A stretch of DNA of 60,223 nt, taken from IMG/VR virus record IMGVR_UViG_3300027956_000009, positions 1-60,223 of that record; one strand, given 5' to 3'. The translations under genes were made by a program, and so were the position numbers. Position 1 is the first letter of the stretch; each line of letters begins with the position of its first letter. This document shows positions 47,801 to 55,603 of this stretch, piece by piece. The DNA comes from a virus (lineage: Duplodnaviria; Caudoviricetes). The notes under the pieces are model-generated. The model was not told where the DNA came from, made no database searches, and saw nothing but the letters and a program-made list of their open reading frames with translations.

Positions 47801-50800
47801 TGTTGATGTATTTGGTAGCCTTAGCCCTCATATCCTTCATCTGTTCTTTGATGCGGGACACGGCGGCAGATCTTTTAGCCGCAGGTAGCTTATCGGTTTC
47901 TTTAAGGCGGGCGTCTAGTTCCTTACTCTTAACGACGTAGTTATTAACAGAAACAAGGAAGTCTCTCACACGGTCTTGTACTGGTCTTGCAGTTCTACGC
48001 CTAATGGCTGCCGCTTCTTTTTTGGCTTGCTGCGTAATATCAAAAACTTCTGTGCTCGCCGCATCAATGGCGGTGCGTAGAGCAGGAGCCTCGAAGTTGA
48101 CGGTGGAGAGCGGAGCTCGCATTGCCACGCCGAGCTTCTCATAAAGAATCTCTTTAGTCTCTTGATCGTAACCTGTAACCGCTACGGTTTCCACGCTGCC
48201 TCGACGTTGTTCGTCGATCTCAACACCCATGTTTTTTAGGGTAGCTAGAGTCTTTTTGTCAGCGAATGGTTTTACATCAATCGTGGTAAACGCTTCCGGT
48301 GTATTGGAAAGTAGGTAGTGTAGCGTGTCCTTGTCGTTCGCTTTCGCTTCGACCTCTTCTTCAGGTTCTGGTTCCGCTTGTAACGCTTTCAGATCCGACA
48401 CCGCTATACCGAAGATCTCTTCATACTCACGCTCGATGACGTAATTCTGTATGATATTTATCCGAGCAACCAAAGCCCTGTAGTCATCAATGATTAGTTG
48501 ACGTTGCTTGGGTGTCGCCTTGTTATTGGTGTCCTCGGCAAAACTAATGATGTCCTCCGCCATAGACTCGACGGTATCCAGTTCTTCAATCGAGACGTCA
48601 GAGAGGCCGATAGATACGCCTAGCTTGTTGCGTAGTGGCACTATACGTACAATGTTCTCGATACGATCCACATCAACAGGCACGTCCGAATCCACATAGC
48701 TCTGCCTAATTCCATTGACGGACTCAGCGAAATCGCGGTCTAACTGCTTCTGTGATTCATCCCAACTCCGATACACGCGTGGGCCTTGTGATGCAGCAGT
48801 TAGTGGTTCTTGCGTTGCTGCGGATTCGAGCTCGATTGCGTCCCCACTAAATCCTTTTTTGTTTTTTCTAAGCGCGGCAATTTCTTTTTTGATTGTTTTC
48901 TCAAGATCAACGCTTTGTTGTTTGAGGAGCTTCTGATCTGCGGTTAACTGCTTATCACTGAGATCTTTGAGTGGCGCAAGGGTATCGGTAACCTTCTTAA
49001 GGTTCTTCTGCTTGCTAGAAATTTGAGCGTCGAACCCCTCAAGTATTCTTCTAGTCCTGTTCTGTTTATCGGTAACAAGCTCCAGCTCACCTTCCGTAGC
49101 GGGAGCGAATGATCGACCGAGGATGTCCTCTGTCTCTGCTTGCAACTCTTCATCGGTCATCTCCGGTTCACTTGGAGCGACGAATCCGAATTCTTCTTTT
49201 GACTTGACGAGATCCTTGCGGTTAGCGAACCCAAACTCAAATTGACCTTCTGCGGTTTCCGACACTGGTGTTTCAGCTGTGAGGTCAATACCATACCACT
49301 CTGCTATAGCCTTGATCTGCAAAGAACTAGTAAGGGGGATATTCATAGTTGAAGACCCGTCCTTAAGTGAAAGCCCACCTTTAATAATAAGGCTACGTAC
49401 ATTCCCTTCGTCATCACGAAAAACTTCAAATGACTCGGGGGTTACTTTTTCTTTTGCAGGAAAAGCAAATTTGGTTTTCTTCTTACCACCCATTGATATG
49501 TAGGGGGTGCCAGCAGGCACGCCAAAAGTCTCCTGCCCGATGGTGAGGAGAGGGGCGGTAAATTTTGAGGCTCGCTGAAAGCGTGGCCCCAAGTTAATGA
49601 ACTCAACCGATCCACCTCCATCTGTGAGATATGGTTTATTGAGTCGAAGGTTAACGGAGCTGCCGTCTGGATCTAGTTCCAGAACGCCATCAAAGCCACT
49701 GTATTCGATCTCCTCTCCTAGGATGTCATCGAGCAGAGGGTCGAATGATTCGTCTTCAGGTGTCCACTGACCTGTCTCTTCGTTAAAGACAGGTTTACCC
49801 TTAAGGGGTCTTTCGTTGGGGTTAGCAACAACAGTACGCCCTTTGACTTCCTCCTGAGTTTTCTGCGCGGCAATATCTCTTTCGACAGAGAGTCGCGCTT
49901 GTTCCCGCGCCTCGTCGATACGGCGCTGCAATACATCGGCGGTAGAATTGCTGTTGTTCTTACGAAGCCGATTTGAAATATCTTCAAATGCGGATGCTCT
50001 GCCTTCAAACACCAGACTCTGTTCTGATTTACGAACTCTACCAAACTGGGTGCTGCCAGCGATACCTGCACCCAAGGCACCGCCAAGGAGTCCGGCGTCA
50101 AACACTTGTGCGACTTTCTCAGCAAGCGAAACATCCCGATCAAGAGCGGAGTTCTCAATAGCCATGCCGACCGCTTGGTCTAGGGACTCTTCAAACCACT
50201 CGCTAAGTCCACCCTTCAGTGTGGTCTTCAACCAGTTCTTGTAGGTGCTGGTGATTGCCGCACGGGCGGCGGTGTTGAACGCCTTGTCGCTAAGGACGCG
50301 GCCTTCGTTAGCTGCGTTCTGGTATGCCTGTTTGGCTTGTCGGTAATTCATCTTACTGACTGGAACAGCACGCTCGGCAGCTTCTTGGACGGAACGTGCG
50401 GTTAGTGTGTCAGCGCCGCGAATCTTACGAAGCACGTTTGTGCCGATGTCTTCAACAGCACCAAGTCCCAATCCCGATAGACCCACTGTGATGACAGACG
50501 TGGAGACGCCCATTGCAAGAGCGGCAGGAAGAGCATTCTTATATTTCTCCTCGTGACTCATGTCGTCCGGTAGCTGATTGTAGAGAGAACCGAATGCTGA
50601 GCCAGCTGATCTGGTGAACGTGACGGCGGCAAGTGGTGCCAGCCCCCCGAACTTGTCGCCGAAGCTCCTACCAACATCCGTGAGAGCCTTACCGAGGAAC
50701 TGTGAACCTCCGGCGTCCGCCGCCTTGCGGAAAGAAGCAGCCGCCACATCATCAATCTCAGAGAGTGCCATCTTGGCACCACCACGAATCATAGCACGCG

Positions 50801-52430
50801 ATGACATCGCACCTGTTTTCGCAAGTGCCTTGGCTCCGGCAAACGCGCCGCCTGTTCCGATGGTCAGACCGATGTCAGTGGCCACCTGCGGGAGTGTATT
50901 CAACAGCTGAAAACCGAAGCCGTATTCGTCTCCGTAGAGGCGGGAGAATTCTTGGCGTCTAGTCTGGTCATCCATCATGCTGCCCATCGTCGTAGCAGCC
51001 CACTCATTACCAGCGAGAGCGGCGATGCCCAAAGGGATCTCAGCTAAAGTCTTCCATGCGCTTTTTCCAAACTGTTCTAAGCGGATACCAAACGCATCGT
51101 AATTTTTGCCACTACCCACATATTGCTCAATGAACTCGGAAGGGGAGAGCCCGTCGGCTTTTGCTTTTGCGTAACTGCTAACCGCTTCAGGTTCCTCTTC
51201 AAGGATCATCTTAATAAGATCTGGAGCAGCGGATTTCAGTAGCAGCTTGCGTTGCACAGATGCTTGTTTCTGCTGATCCTTATTTAGCGGAGCGGTGGAA
51301 ACGGCCTGCTCGAACAGCTTCACATTAGCTAAAAGGCTTGGGGCGAGAATAACATTACCCATCGAGTCGGTAGCGATTCCGGTCTCAGGGCGGTCGGCTC
51401 TGTAAGGGGCTCCAGCAACTCTGTCCGTAAGCGCATCACTAAACTTTTCGATCTCAGCAGCGCTAAAGCGTTGGTTAAATGCGTTATTACCAGCGAGTGC
51501 ATCGGACAGCGTTGTGTCAGACGCATACTTCGGCTGCTTCTGTTCGCCGTCGAACAGGTCAATAAGAAGCTCGCCCCCCTTGATGAAGGGGTAACTGATA
51601 ACTGTCTTCGCGCCTTCTAGGATAGACTCTCCAGTGGTGCGAAGTTCAGCAGTTTTCTGCTCCATTTTATTGGAGGCATTTTTTTCGATTAACTTATTTA
51701 AGTCCTTATCCGCTTTTGCAAGATCACTAACCGTACGTGTGAACATCTCATATCGGGAGTCTTCAGCGCCATTGGTCAGACCACCGTTTAATGGTTTGAC
51801 AAAATCGTTGACTCGATATAGATCGGCGGACGACAAAGCACCAGTTGCAAGAAGCGATTTGACCTCACCTGCAATAGAGTCGGGCCGTGCGTTTGCGCCA
51901 GCATAGAGGCTGCGCGAGCCATCTTCTTCGTCTAGCGCTGTGATGCTATACTCTCCGCGATCGACAGCGGATATACGCGCACGTTTTATCAGTGACTTGT
52001 CGGCAAGGATCTCATCGACGTAAGGTTTGAAGCCCTCCGCTTCGGATGGGGATTTCTCTTGTAAGGTAAGGTAGTTCGCAAGATTGCTGGCTTTAGCCTC
52101 ATTCGCTACGATGTTTGCTGGTCCTTCGCTATTTGTGCGGAGGTAGTCCAACACAAAGCGGGCGTCAGTGTCTGTGTTACGCGTTGTGCCAATAACACTA
52201 GAGTAAACATTATTCTTGTCTTCATCGGACATGTCGTCGGTAAGCACGCCGTCACTCTTAAGACGGTCAGCAACTCCGGCGGAGATCTCCTGTTCGGTCT
52301 CTTGGTTTAGTTGTCCTGCGCTGTAGTAGCTAGACCTAACATAATCCGTGTAGTTTTTAATGTTTGTTATTGGTTCGGCAACCTCTTCTTGGTTTGCGAT
52401 CCAGTCGTCGTATTGTTTAATTTCCAGCAT
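38832..52430 (-). CDS. Giant (4532 aa) polyvalent internal virion/ejection protein with zincin metallopeptidase and ADP-ribosyltransferase-like domains
   Basis: Single ORF; hydrophobic Gly/Ala helices near the N-terminus; HEYLH at 43830-43844; YHGS...GFYFT...NQIKS at about 42550-43300; second degenerate zincin motif EELAH near 42310. Confidence 0.8.
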   Translation of the reverse strand: MLEIKQYDDWIANQEEVAEPITNIKNYTDYVRSSYYSAGQLNQETEQEISAGVADRLKSDGVLTDDMSDEDKNNVYSSVIGTTRNTDTDARFVLDYLRTNSEGPANIVANEAKASNLANYLTLQEKSPSEAEGFKPYVDEILADKSLIKRARISAVDRGEYSITALDEEDGSRSLYAGANARPDSIAGEVKSLLATGALSSADLYRVNDFVKPLNGGLTNGAEDSRYEMFTRTVSDLAKADKDLNKLIEKNASNKMEQKTAELRTTGESILEGAKTVISYPFIKGGELLIDLFDGEQKQPKYASDTTLSDALAGNNAFNQRFSAAEIEKFSDALTDRVAGAPYRADRPETGIATDSMGNVILAPSLLANVKLFEQAVSTAPLNKDQQKQASVQRKLLLKSAAPDLIKMILEEEPEAVSSYAKAKADGLSPSEFIEQYVGSGKNYDAFGIRLEQFGKSAWKTLAEIPLGIAALAGNEWAATTMGSMMDDQTRRQEFSRLYGDEYGFGFQLLNTLPQVATDIGLTIGTGGAFAGAKALAKTGAMSSRAMIRGGAKMALSEIDDVAAASFRKAADAGGSQFLGKALTDVGRSFGDKFGGLAPLAAVTFTRSAGSAFGSLYNQLPDDMSHEEKYKNALPAALAMGVSTSVITVGLSGLGLGAVEDIGTNVLRKIRGADTLTARSVQEAAERAVPVSKMNYRQAKQAYQNAANEGRVLSDKAFNTAARAAITSTYKNWLKTTLKGGLSEWFEESLDQAVGMAIENSALDRDVSLAEKVAQVFDAGLLGGALGAGIAGSTQFGRVRKSEQSLVFEGRASAFEDISNRLRKNNSNSTADVLQRRIDEAREQARLSVERDIAAQKTQEEVKGRTVVANPNERPLKGKPVFNEETGQWTPEDESFDPLLDDILGEEIEYSGFDGVLELDPDGSSVNLRLNKPYLTDGGGSVEFINLGPRFQRASKFTAPLLTIGQETFGVPAGTPYISMGGKKKTKFAFPAKEKVTPESFEVFRDDEGNVRSLIIKGGLSLKDGSSTMNIPLTSSLQIKAIAEWYGIDLTAETPVSETAEGQFEFGFANRKDLVKSKEEFGFVAPSEPEMTDEELQAETEDILGRSFAPATEGELELVTDKQNRTRRILEGFDAQISSKQKNLKKVTDTLAPLKDLSDKQLTADQKLLKQQSVDLEKTIKKEIAALRKNKKGFSGDAIELESAATQEPLTAASQGPRVYRSWDESQKQLDRDFAESVNGIRQSYVDSDVPVDVDRIENIVRIVPLRNKLGVSIGLSDVSIEELDTVESMAEDIISFAEDTNNKATPKQRQLIIDDYRALVARINIIQNYVIEREYEEIFGIAVSDLKALQAEPEPEEEVEAKANDKDTLHYLLSNTPEAFTTIDVKPFADKKTLATLKNMGVEIDEQRRGSVETVAVTGYDQETKEILYEKLGVAMRAPLSTVNFEAPALRTAIDAASTEVFDITQQAKKEAAAIRRRTARPVQDRVRDFLVSVNNYVVKSKELDARLKETDKLPAAKRSAAVSRIKEQMKDMRAKATKYINSVGSVLQSDFDSYKDLSDEQNQAMVTQARLSLFGVGGFREEVAPRARVKAFNPTPDIKVTRVEYAKEQFRNGTQEEDMLNELVEGGFIVNLPETGKTLALAGLFVTESGVNKFPAFSQSQVEVVEQEGQEVANTNAYIKDKHELLSERVLSKYPQFGELVTITGRSRTKGTIGEDDAMLDSIEVEINRMDSAIERDALLGRKVPSGFIAKREALVQQLKDVKVRIKDERYYEIDGEKYEVRNSKTDKSIYFPVDKDGLFGVFTNNPKITKAQIAEGYRVIIPDTFDRDLLNPSQYTRDGRIIEGYYIPRNPEPFTIGSFGRVSNPRIDENGEQILDDRSNFESARIELFVNNMVSTSEIKGDMGSYFATSLLNLYKITRNLLASKRNSDSRFPWSDTYIDNTITDLSRGFAAELNEYRLAQNVVRKALKSLEFQDKIRIGQELVSRYIDEEGNTIEFSDLPQEVRDEAITDKLKQADLVKFVTEMVDGDVNSIAANIKKIYKNIKGEDPNSVIIQYAKLLYVNATVAGGRFYTLPDPNTYLKRPANLTVVGTSTLNVVANRNAKAERADPNNGLTPLDYVKRDGDGFFLEEIIGPEGADRVQALQDEMDRRRQESGSDAGMYDMLLTGNSYASALESPDLVFMNRSALLASELYRTIAEDKTGKLAQVFRDLAVQTEIIPPYQADNLSDAVLVQTLAGKLGTDYVLHTNKRYARVVLSTLSGTDLGKQAAGLLIALGWLPPTMSLPLRAPAERKSATPAAKATTPPDKAIAAGKAVRQAEATDQDTIDYANNYLEAAQAALPYLLKLGSERRIALNTIEEARADIFDSFRLLRTLIGKTDAEDMGPVRLKTKRQIAEGLEAGRVGVTVESVAAFQDKNVSDIEAEIQKLQDTRSGTEDLINGISDVRARIVDIADGRVVRDVSSKAVEIIPALLKQAKSKKERTALKEELAGLQKTYADIYYRGDETLADLDASIATKQKQLEKAKAARELSGPILVNKLINDIEAAYAQIKDNREFLSGLSESARKRVEEESRRIERVLKLPEWKQYVEIIAGSPTILRSRRDTSEAMRRRLDEIEASVDLRNKFDGEVRRRKENLDKALIKNGVNLPKSGLLTKYTDPVDVVKKNRFEPSEGQVTDPNARPVGRPSNTPVATFSEENLSAAERKQSTAKAFSEAAAQIAGTEEPDSGNLPTREVGGKVKILGKLRPNPNYNFSLSQIDPSLRDEAKAENLRVVSQLGLVSGDPNSVLGALRKITETGTPRQQLIAELLLTAPDFIRNINFVMVELDLGFAGLYDRTSNSVLVNLNEHNGRGLVDVLLHEYLHAPTAKVLLNPKTDSQRKAVARIEAIRNFALANAVKLGLDTDPAVRLGLSSNAEFLTYALTAPEFQNILAGLAPLDQRSILRRLVDAILNVFGLDPKKHEVAADAIQELLDFTKMSLSHSGTFSVDNRFKALVGTVASRNERAQAYSDLVSAEIINNVISRYSEGGEGNIFFAEGSAADAAYLAAVEAGDMETAQRMVDEAAKAAGYTTRAYHGSSELNLTQFDPAKIKSQEAGVGFYFTTDKELAQGYADKSGGKNYQVFLRQPNPLITDVEYPSSPANNKAVFKATLEGIARNAKLSASERAAMLSSFETTTGGGTPNLLSNPAYFQDHLRSFIGSPNFSSLNNQSQAGIRTIYNAIRGDFGRETTLNTIWLLTGRDGMVFDSSGVFTVLRSNQIKSADPITYDADGNVIPLSQRFRSTSDDIRYTRTAELGGDTAIDVLGEIRRIMPEGINIEINNTMVGAMGANATKPNTILVNENLVATMAAGLSAANARAVVRTAVDEELAHLASFSVFTTDDFAAIAAELGSDKVNEILDMIYSNSVPDATERAARIAADREAGVTGDIDAAAEWVRMEITRLATGRTREADIAFFYTNPTLLERFLEGLRAFINKLKQQFKSEPTAGTAARISQASRSFRKLRNGGVLPTPEPSAANEYGDSTAFLNAINGDIAEGQEDRTYFMLPVSGTGNSKAAVSGFWKTVQDKMYNLPMELRKFLNLRDGTISQIEYTIQDFDRRFPKMRDAALAGGASIEDIGMILGTTAPVVQGEARKEIQRKVREFKTNNATDPDLERKADDYEAKLTQPEADKFFAAFRKEQKAMETKLKSAGFGDLVDYLVEFRGEINKYKAVINFDESNDVYLTRTFRFFGSEGWASFAKTGGIAMLDGKEVDFNKLRAAAAKHFEWEVNNEAKQTGQTFTAEQHDKKLVEYLDKYLENLELQAADAKELGAMNTIRKDVNRLLNKKDFDAPLRILLGEVTDPFENAVRTVYNVGRLAANERFLRNFARQAIEIGVASRTRQPDMELLFPPTQSAQLGDLAGLYVRKDIAATIREELGMNGMKQQSKAMEQINLFGRFIAKFSGLSITAKTLGSVGFYPRNVLGGIALTTSQGIVNPVYLKDAFRLSIIANMSLNGKIKAESEESRNQIRRLVELQVLKDETRGRIAMDMLNGFVNSTDQQLEELLNDIVEAQGSGNIEKIIKKFKLKGTWEATKQAGGSTVEFLASLNNVIDSAFKLNAYFYELSVLKGAFGDTETESKLEVEAARKVKLTFPTHSEQLSLAKAFNKSPFSMVALPFVRWKTEVLRTMFNTIPLAVEEIKSGNPTMRNRGIKRLIGSTTTMAGGSAAYGAIFATLFSLLTDDEDDERGGVRKLTDEELDALRQGLPVWQRNHGIFAQMLQDGSVQVIDMSNILPYSPITDIVGLASRGNIKGIADYITSEMIGTQIAASTVFELAQNRDDFDQPIYLDTDGALGASFKMLMHLGKGTVVPSVVDKAMKIGRYGEQNAKEMIVGELTGVRPIIHKVTDIEYRGMRNLKESADAVVSLLYPLSSGRALDPSEVEGIMDDHQSASNKNQQKLHDFLMGMQSIGSTEASLAATAQQMKFSKQRFGAALAGDNIPWGPNEQWFRKMYDNKVRVGEQNPDEIASEINRVMSKKADGYNTNFLQ

Positions 52431-52460
52431 GGTGGTAATTTTAGTTTGGTATTATGTTAT

Positions 52461-53219
52461 CTAAGGCGGTGTTGCCATTGGCGCAACTGTTTTACTTGAA
52501 AATAAAGATCGAGGGCTAGAGGTCGTAGCGGCTTTGCCACCACCAAGTATACTCGCGTCATAGCGCGACCTGATGTTTTTAGCGAGACCGTAAAGTTCGT
52601 CGGCGTTCATTTCGGCTGACTGCTGAATTTCTTCTGGTGTGCCGAGGGCGATAACGCGATCCACTGCGGCTTTCTCTCCAACGTCAGCAAAATTACTCGT
52701 CGATTTACCCGCGTAGTCCTTCTCGAATTTAATGCTGTCGAGACCTTTAAAGATGGTGTTCTGTAGCTCCGTGCCAGTATTACCAGCGGAAGTCACGCCC
52801 TTGAGTGCGCTGCCCATCATCGCCTTGGCTGCCTCATTCGAGCCGAGGAGTGCACCGTTGGCGATTCCGACTCTAGCAAAATAGTTAGGCCGCTGTTCTT
52901 CTGGTATCTCCGTCAAACCGTAATCCAATGTCTGTTGCAATGCGGCAAGTGACGTCATGTTCTCACGTGCGCTAAGGGACTTCCTCCTGTTTTCTTCCAA
53001 CCTTAGCTTGGCGTCCTCGAAAGCGAGTCCTTTTAGTTTAAGGTCCATAGCCTTTTCAGATTCCCCTTCAAGTCTTTGGCGCTGTCCTCGCAGGAACGAT
53101 ATCTGATCGTCACCACTCAAGTCACTGTTAGTAGCCACACTAAAATACTTATTCATCAGAGGTTGAATATCGCCCTCATAGGAAAAGTTTTTATCTTCAG
53201 TTTTTTCGTAATCAGCCAT
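52461..53219 (-). CDS. Putative internal virion protein
   Basis: Helical 252-aa ORF directly upstream of the giant gene, as in podovirus ejection triplets. Confidence 0.5.
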   Translation of the reverse strand: MADYEKTEDKNFSYEGDIQPLMNKYFSVATNSDLSGDDQISFLRGQRQRLEGESEKAMDLKLKGLAFEDAKLRLEENRRKSLSARENMTSLAALQQTLDYGLTEIPEEQRPNYFARVGIANGALLGSNEAAKAMMGSALKGVTSAGNTGTELQNTIFKGLDSIKFEKDYAGKSTSNFADVGEKAAVDRVIALGTPEEIQQSAEMNADELYGLAKNIRSRYDASILGGGKAATTSSPRSLFSSKTVAPMATPP

Positions 53220-53225
53220 AAGATC

Positions 53226-54902
53226 TTATTGATTTCGCCCGAATGTCTGTACACCTGCGTCGCTAAACTCTTTCCTAATTGCTTGCCTAATTTTTCTTTG
53301 TGTTTCTCGCGGTAGTTTCTCGAACTCTTCGTCAGGGTATAGCTCTTTCCGTCTATCATTTTGTGCCTTGATGACATTTTGTGCATTCTTAAGGGAGGCG
53401 TCGGCTTCCCGTGCGCCCCGTTGAGACTTCAGCATTTGCCTTACCGATTCAGTAGCGCCGAGTACGGTCTTAGGGATGCTCGCGGCATCACCGAGTCCTC
53501 CTGCGAATTCGCCCACTGACTTGGGTGCAAAAAACCGCTGGCCTAGTGTTTCGTAATCAGATTGGAAATCCGCTCTCACCTCCTCTTTGGATTTCCCTGT
53601 GATGGGGTTACCCTTGGAGTACTGAGCCACATCAATTATATCCAACAATGGACCCGCAGCCTTACCAACAAACCTAAGACTAGGCCCCGCGACTCCAGCA
53701 ACCTTACCGAGGATTCTACCCGTAGTTGAGTTGGCAGCACCTTCAATGAGTCGGGAGAGCCTACCCGTACCCTTTTCAGCAGCTGCGGCGGTCTTATCGG
53801 CAGCTCCGGCGGTCTTATTGGCAGCTCCGGCGGTCTTATTGGCAGCGCCAGCGGCTCCTTCAGCAGCTCTAGCAGCTCTAGCAGCTTCGTCAGCAGCGCC
53901 AACGACTTCATCAGCAGCGCCAGCAGGCTTTGCGAGATCATACTTCTGCTTGAGTGCCTCAGTTGAGGTCTTAGTCGCGTCGTCTACCATGTTAAAGGGT
54001 TTGGTGGCATCACCTACTGCACCAGCGGCTTTTGCAACATCGTCTAACATACTAAAAGGCTTGGTAGCATCGTCCGCAAGTTTTGAGAAATTATACTTCT
54101 GCTTGAGTCCTTCAGCTGCGATCTTGGTCGCATCGTCTACCATGTTAAAGGGTTTGGTGGCATCACCTACTGCACCACCAGCTTTGGCGGCGGCTTCAGC
54201 AGCGGCTTTAGCAGTTCGGGACTCCTCTATTCCTTTAAGGGCTAGAGATCCACCTTTTACGAGGGCACGCTCAGGACCACCACCCTCCAGAACATCACTA
54301 AAAAACTGCATGATAGGTCCTTTTTCTACTGGCACTTCAGGTGGTATAGTAGGTGAGGAAGGTGCCGATGGTAATGGTGTCGGGACTGGTGTCGGAGTTG
54401 GTGTGGTTGGCGTAGTTGGCGTAGTTGGCGTATCCTTATCGCCATATTTTTTCTTCAGGAAATCATAGGCTTTTGACACTGCGGCATCAGCCTCCTCGTA
54501 GCTTAGGCCAGCACCGATGCCGCCCTTCAGTGCTCTATCACGTCCCGCTTGGTCGAGTAGTGCACTCTTGTCACCAAAACCTACGGACTTGTTGATGTTC
54601 TCAGTAAACTCTTTAGGTGTGTTTGATATCGGCGGAAGGCCTTGCGCCACTCTTATGGCGTTTATCCCCTCACCTGCACCCTTGTCGCCGAAACTCTTGT
54701 AACCTTCCCGTTGCTTTTGGTCGAGTGCTCTACCCTCCGAAAAAGACTTTTCACTTTTGGACATACCAATAGTGGACTCAGGTACGCCGAGCGGACTTAA
54801 TCCGGTCAGTGGGACATTCCCAGCTTTCTGTAGTTCCTGTAGTTTAAGGGCAGCCTTGTTGGCTTGATCCATCTGATTCTCTTTATCCTTCTTAGTGGCC
54901 AT
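53226..54902 (-). CDS. Putative internal virion protein with Ala/Gly-rich repeats
   Basis: PTT repeats, GAVGDATKPFNMVDDATK duplication, TAGAANK tandem units. Confidence 0.55.
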   Translation of the reverse strand: MATKKDKENQMDQANKAALKLQELQKAGNVPLTGLSPLGVPESTIGMSKSEKSFSEGRALDQKQREGYKSFGDKGAGEGINAIRVAQGLPPISNTPKEFTENINKSVGFGDKSALLDQAGRDRALKGGIGAGLSYEEADAAVSKAYDFLKKKYGDKDTPTTPTTPTTPTPTPVPTPLPSAPSSPTIPPEVPVEKGPIMQFFSDVLEGGGPERALVKGGSLALKGIEESRTAKAAAEAAAKAGGAVGDATKPFNMVDDATKIAAEGLKQKYNFSKLADDATKPFSMLDDVAKAAGAVGDATKPFNMVDDATKTSTEALKQKYDLAKPAGAADEVVGAADEAARAARAAEGAAGAANKTAGAANKTAGAADKTAAAAEKGTGRLSRLIEGAANSTTGRILGKVAGVAGPSLRFVGKAAGPLLDIIDVAQYSKGNPITGKSKEEVRADFQSDYETLGQRFFAPKSVGEFAGGLGDAASIPKTVLGATESVRQMLKSQRGAREADASLKNAQNVIKAQNDRRKELYPDEEFEKLPRETQRKIRQAIRKEFSDAGVQTFGRNQ

Positions 54903-54909
54903 ATCTGTT

Positions 54910-55200
54910 TTACCAGTTGTAGTTACATGCCCACCATTTGGGCGTTAGTTTATTTTTTTCAGATGAACAGTTCATCCGAGACTTAAAATTAGAACGACGT
55001 TTTTCGTTCTTGTGTTGCAGGAAATCTTTATATCCACGCTGACCAAACTTCAATTTACGCACATCACTGCCGCTTTTTGCAAGCACGACATACTTCTTAG
55101 GGTCTCCAGCAGGAGCCTTCTTAGGTTTATTGAAACCAGAAAACAACTCACCACGGTATTGAATCTTACCGCTTGATGTTCTTTTAAATTGGGCTGGCAC
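54910..55200 (-). CDS. Small basic viral protein (DUF5754-like)
   Basis: KKY...FGQRGYKDF..HK...RR.NF..R...TPKWWA...W pattern, recalled from memory for this viral family. Confidence 0.55.
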   Translation of the reverse strand: MPAQFKRTSSGKIQYRGELFSGFNKPKKAPAGDPKKYVVLAKSGSDVRKLKFGQRGYKDFLQHKNEKRRSNFKSRMNCSSEKNKLTPKWWACNYNW

Positions 55201-55247
55201 ACCGCAGATACTGCATCTTCTTGTTAAGAAATCAAGACATTTTTTAG

Positions 55248-55308
55248 GTCATGTGACCTGTATCCTGTGACCTGTATCCTGTGTCATGTGACCTGTATCC
55301 TGTGTCAT
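55248..55308. repeat. Tandem TGTGACCTGTATCC units (7/14-bp periodic)
   Basis: Three copies, with TGTGTCA linkers. Confidence 0.85.
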
Positions 55309-55457
55309 TTAACCGGACTCCTAATTGACCAACACGTAGAATAAGCTCGATACTTAAAAGTGTTTCTATTACCGGACACAGGATACCAATACGGGTGAGA
55401 GCACTCGACGAACTGTTCTGGCCCGCATGAGGAAAAAGTGAGCGTAAAGATTTGACT

Positions 55458-55559
55458 CTATATAATCTTTCTCTCCTTTAGTAATTCATATTATCTCAGT
55501 AATTCATATCTTCTCATTTATTGAATTATTATGAATTACCGACATTCCAGAAACTCTTT
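55458..55559. repeat. AT-rich ~100-bp element, copy 2
   Basis: Direct repeat of 27854..27956. Confidence 0.85.
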
Positions 55560-55603
55560 GAACTTTTCTGACGTGTGGTTCTTGCAATACACTTGCATTA
55601 ACC

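Noticed and set aside
38832-52430. Calling the giant protein an N4- or crAss-type virion RNA polymerase
   Set aside because: No convincing single-subunit motif B or DxDGD catalytic context found by eye; kept only as a hypothesis for structure searches
53731-54468. 245-aa + strand Ala-rich ORF
   Set aside because: Mirror of the Ala-rich repeats in 53226..54902
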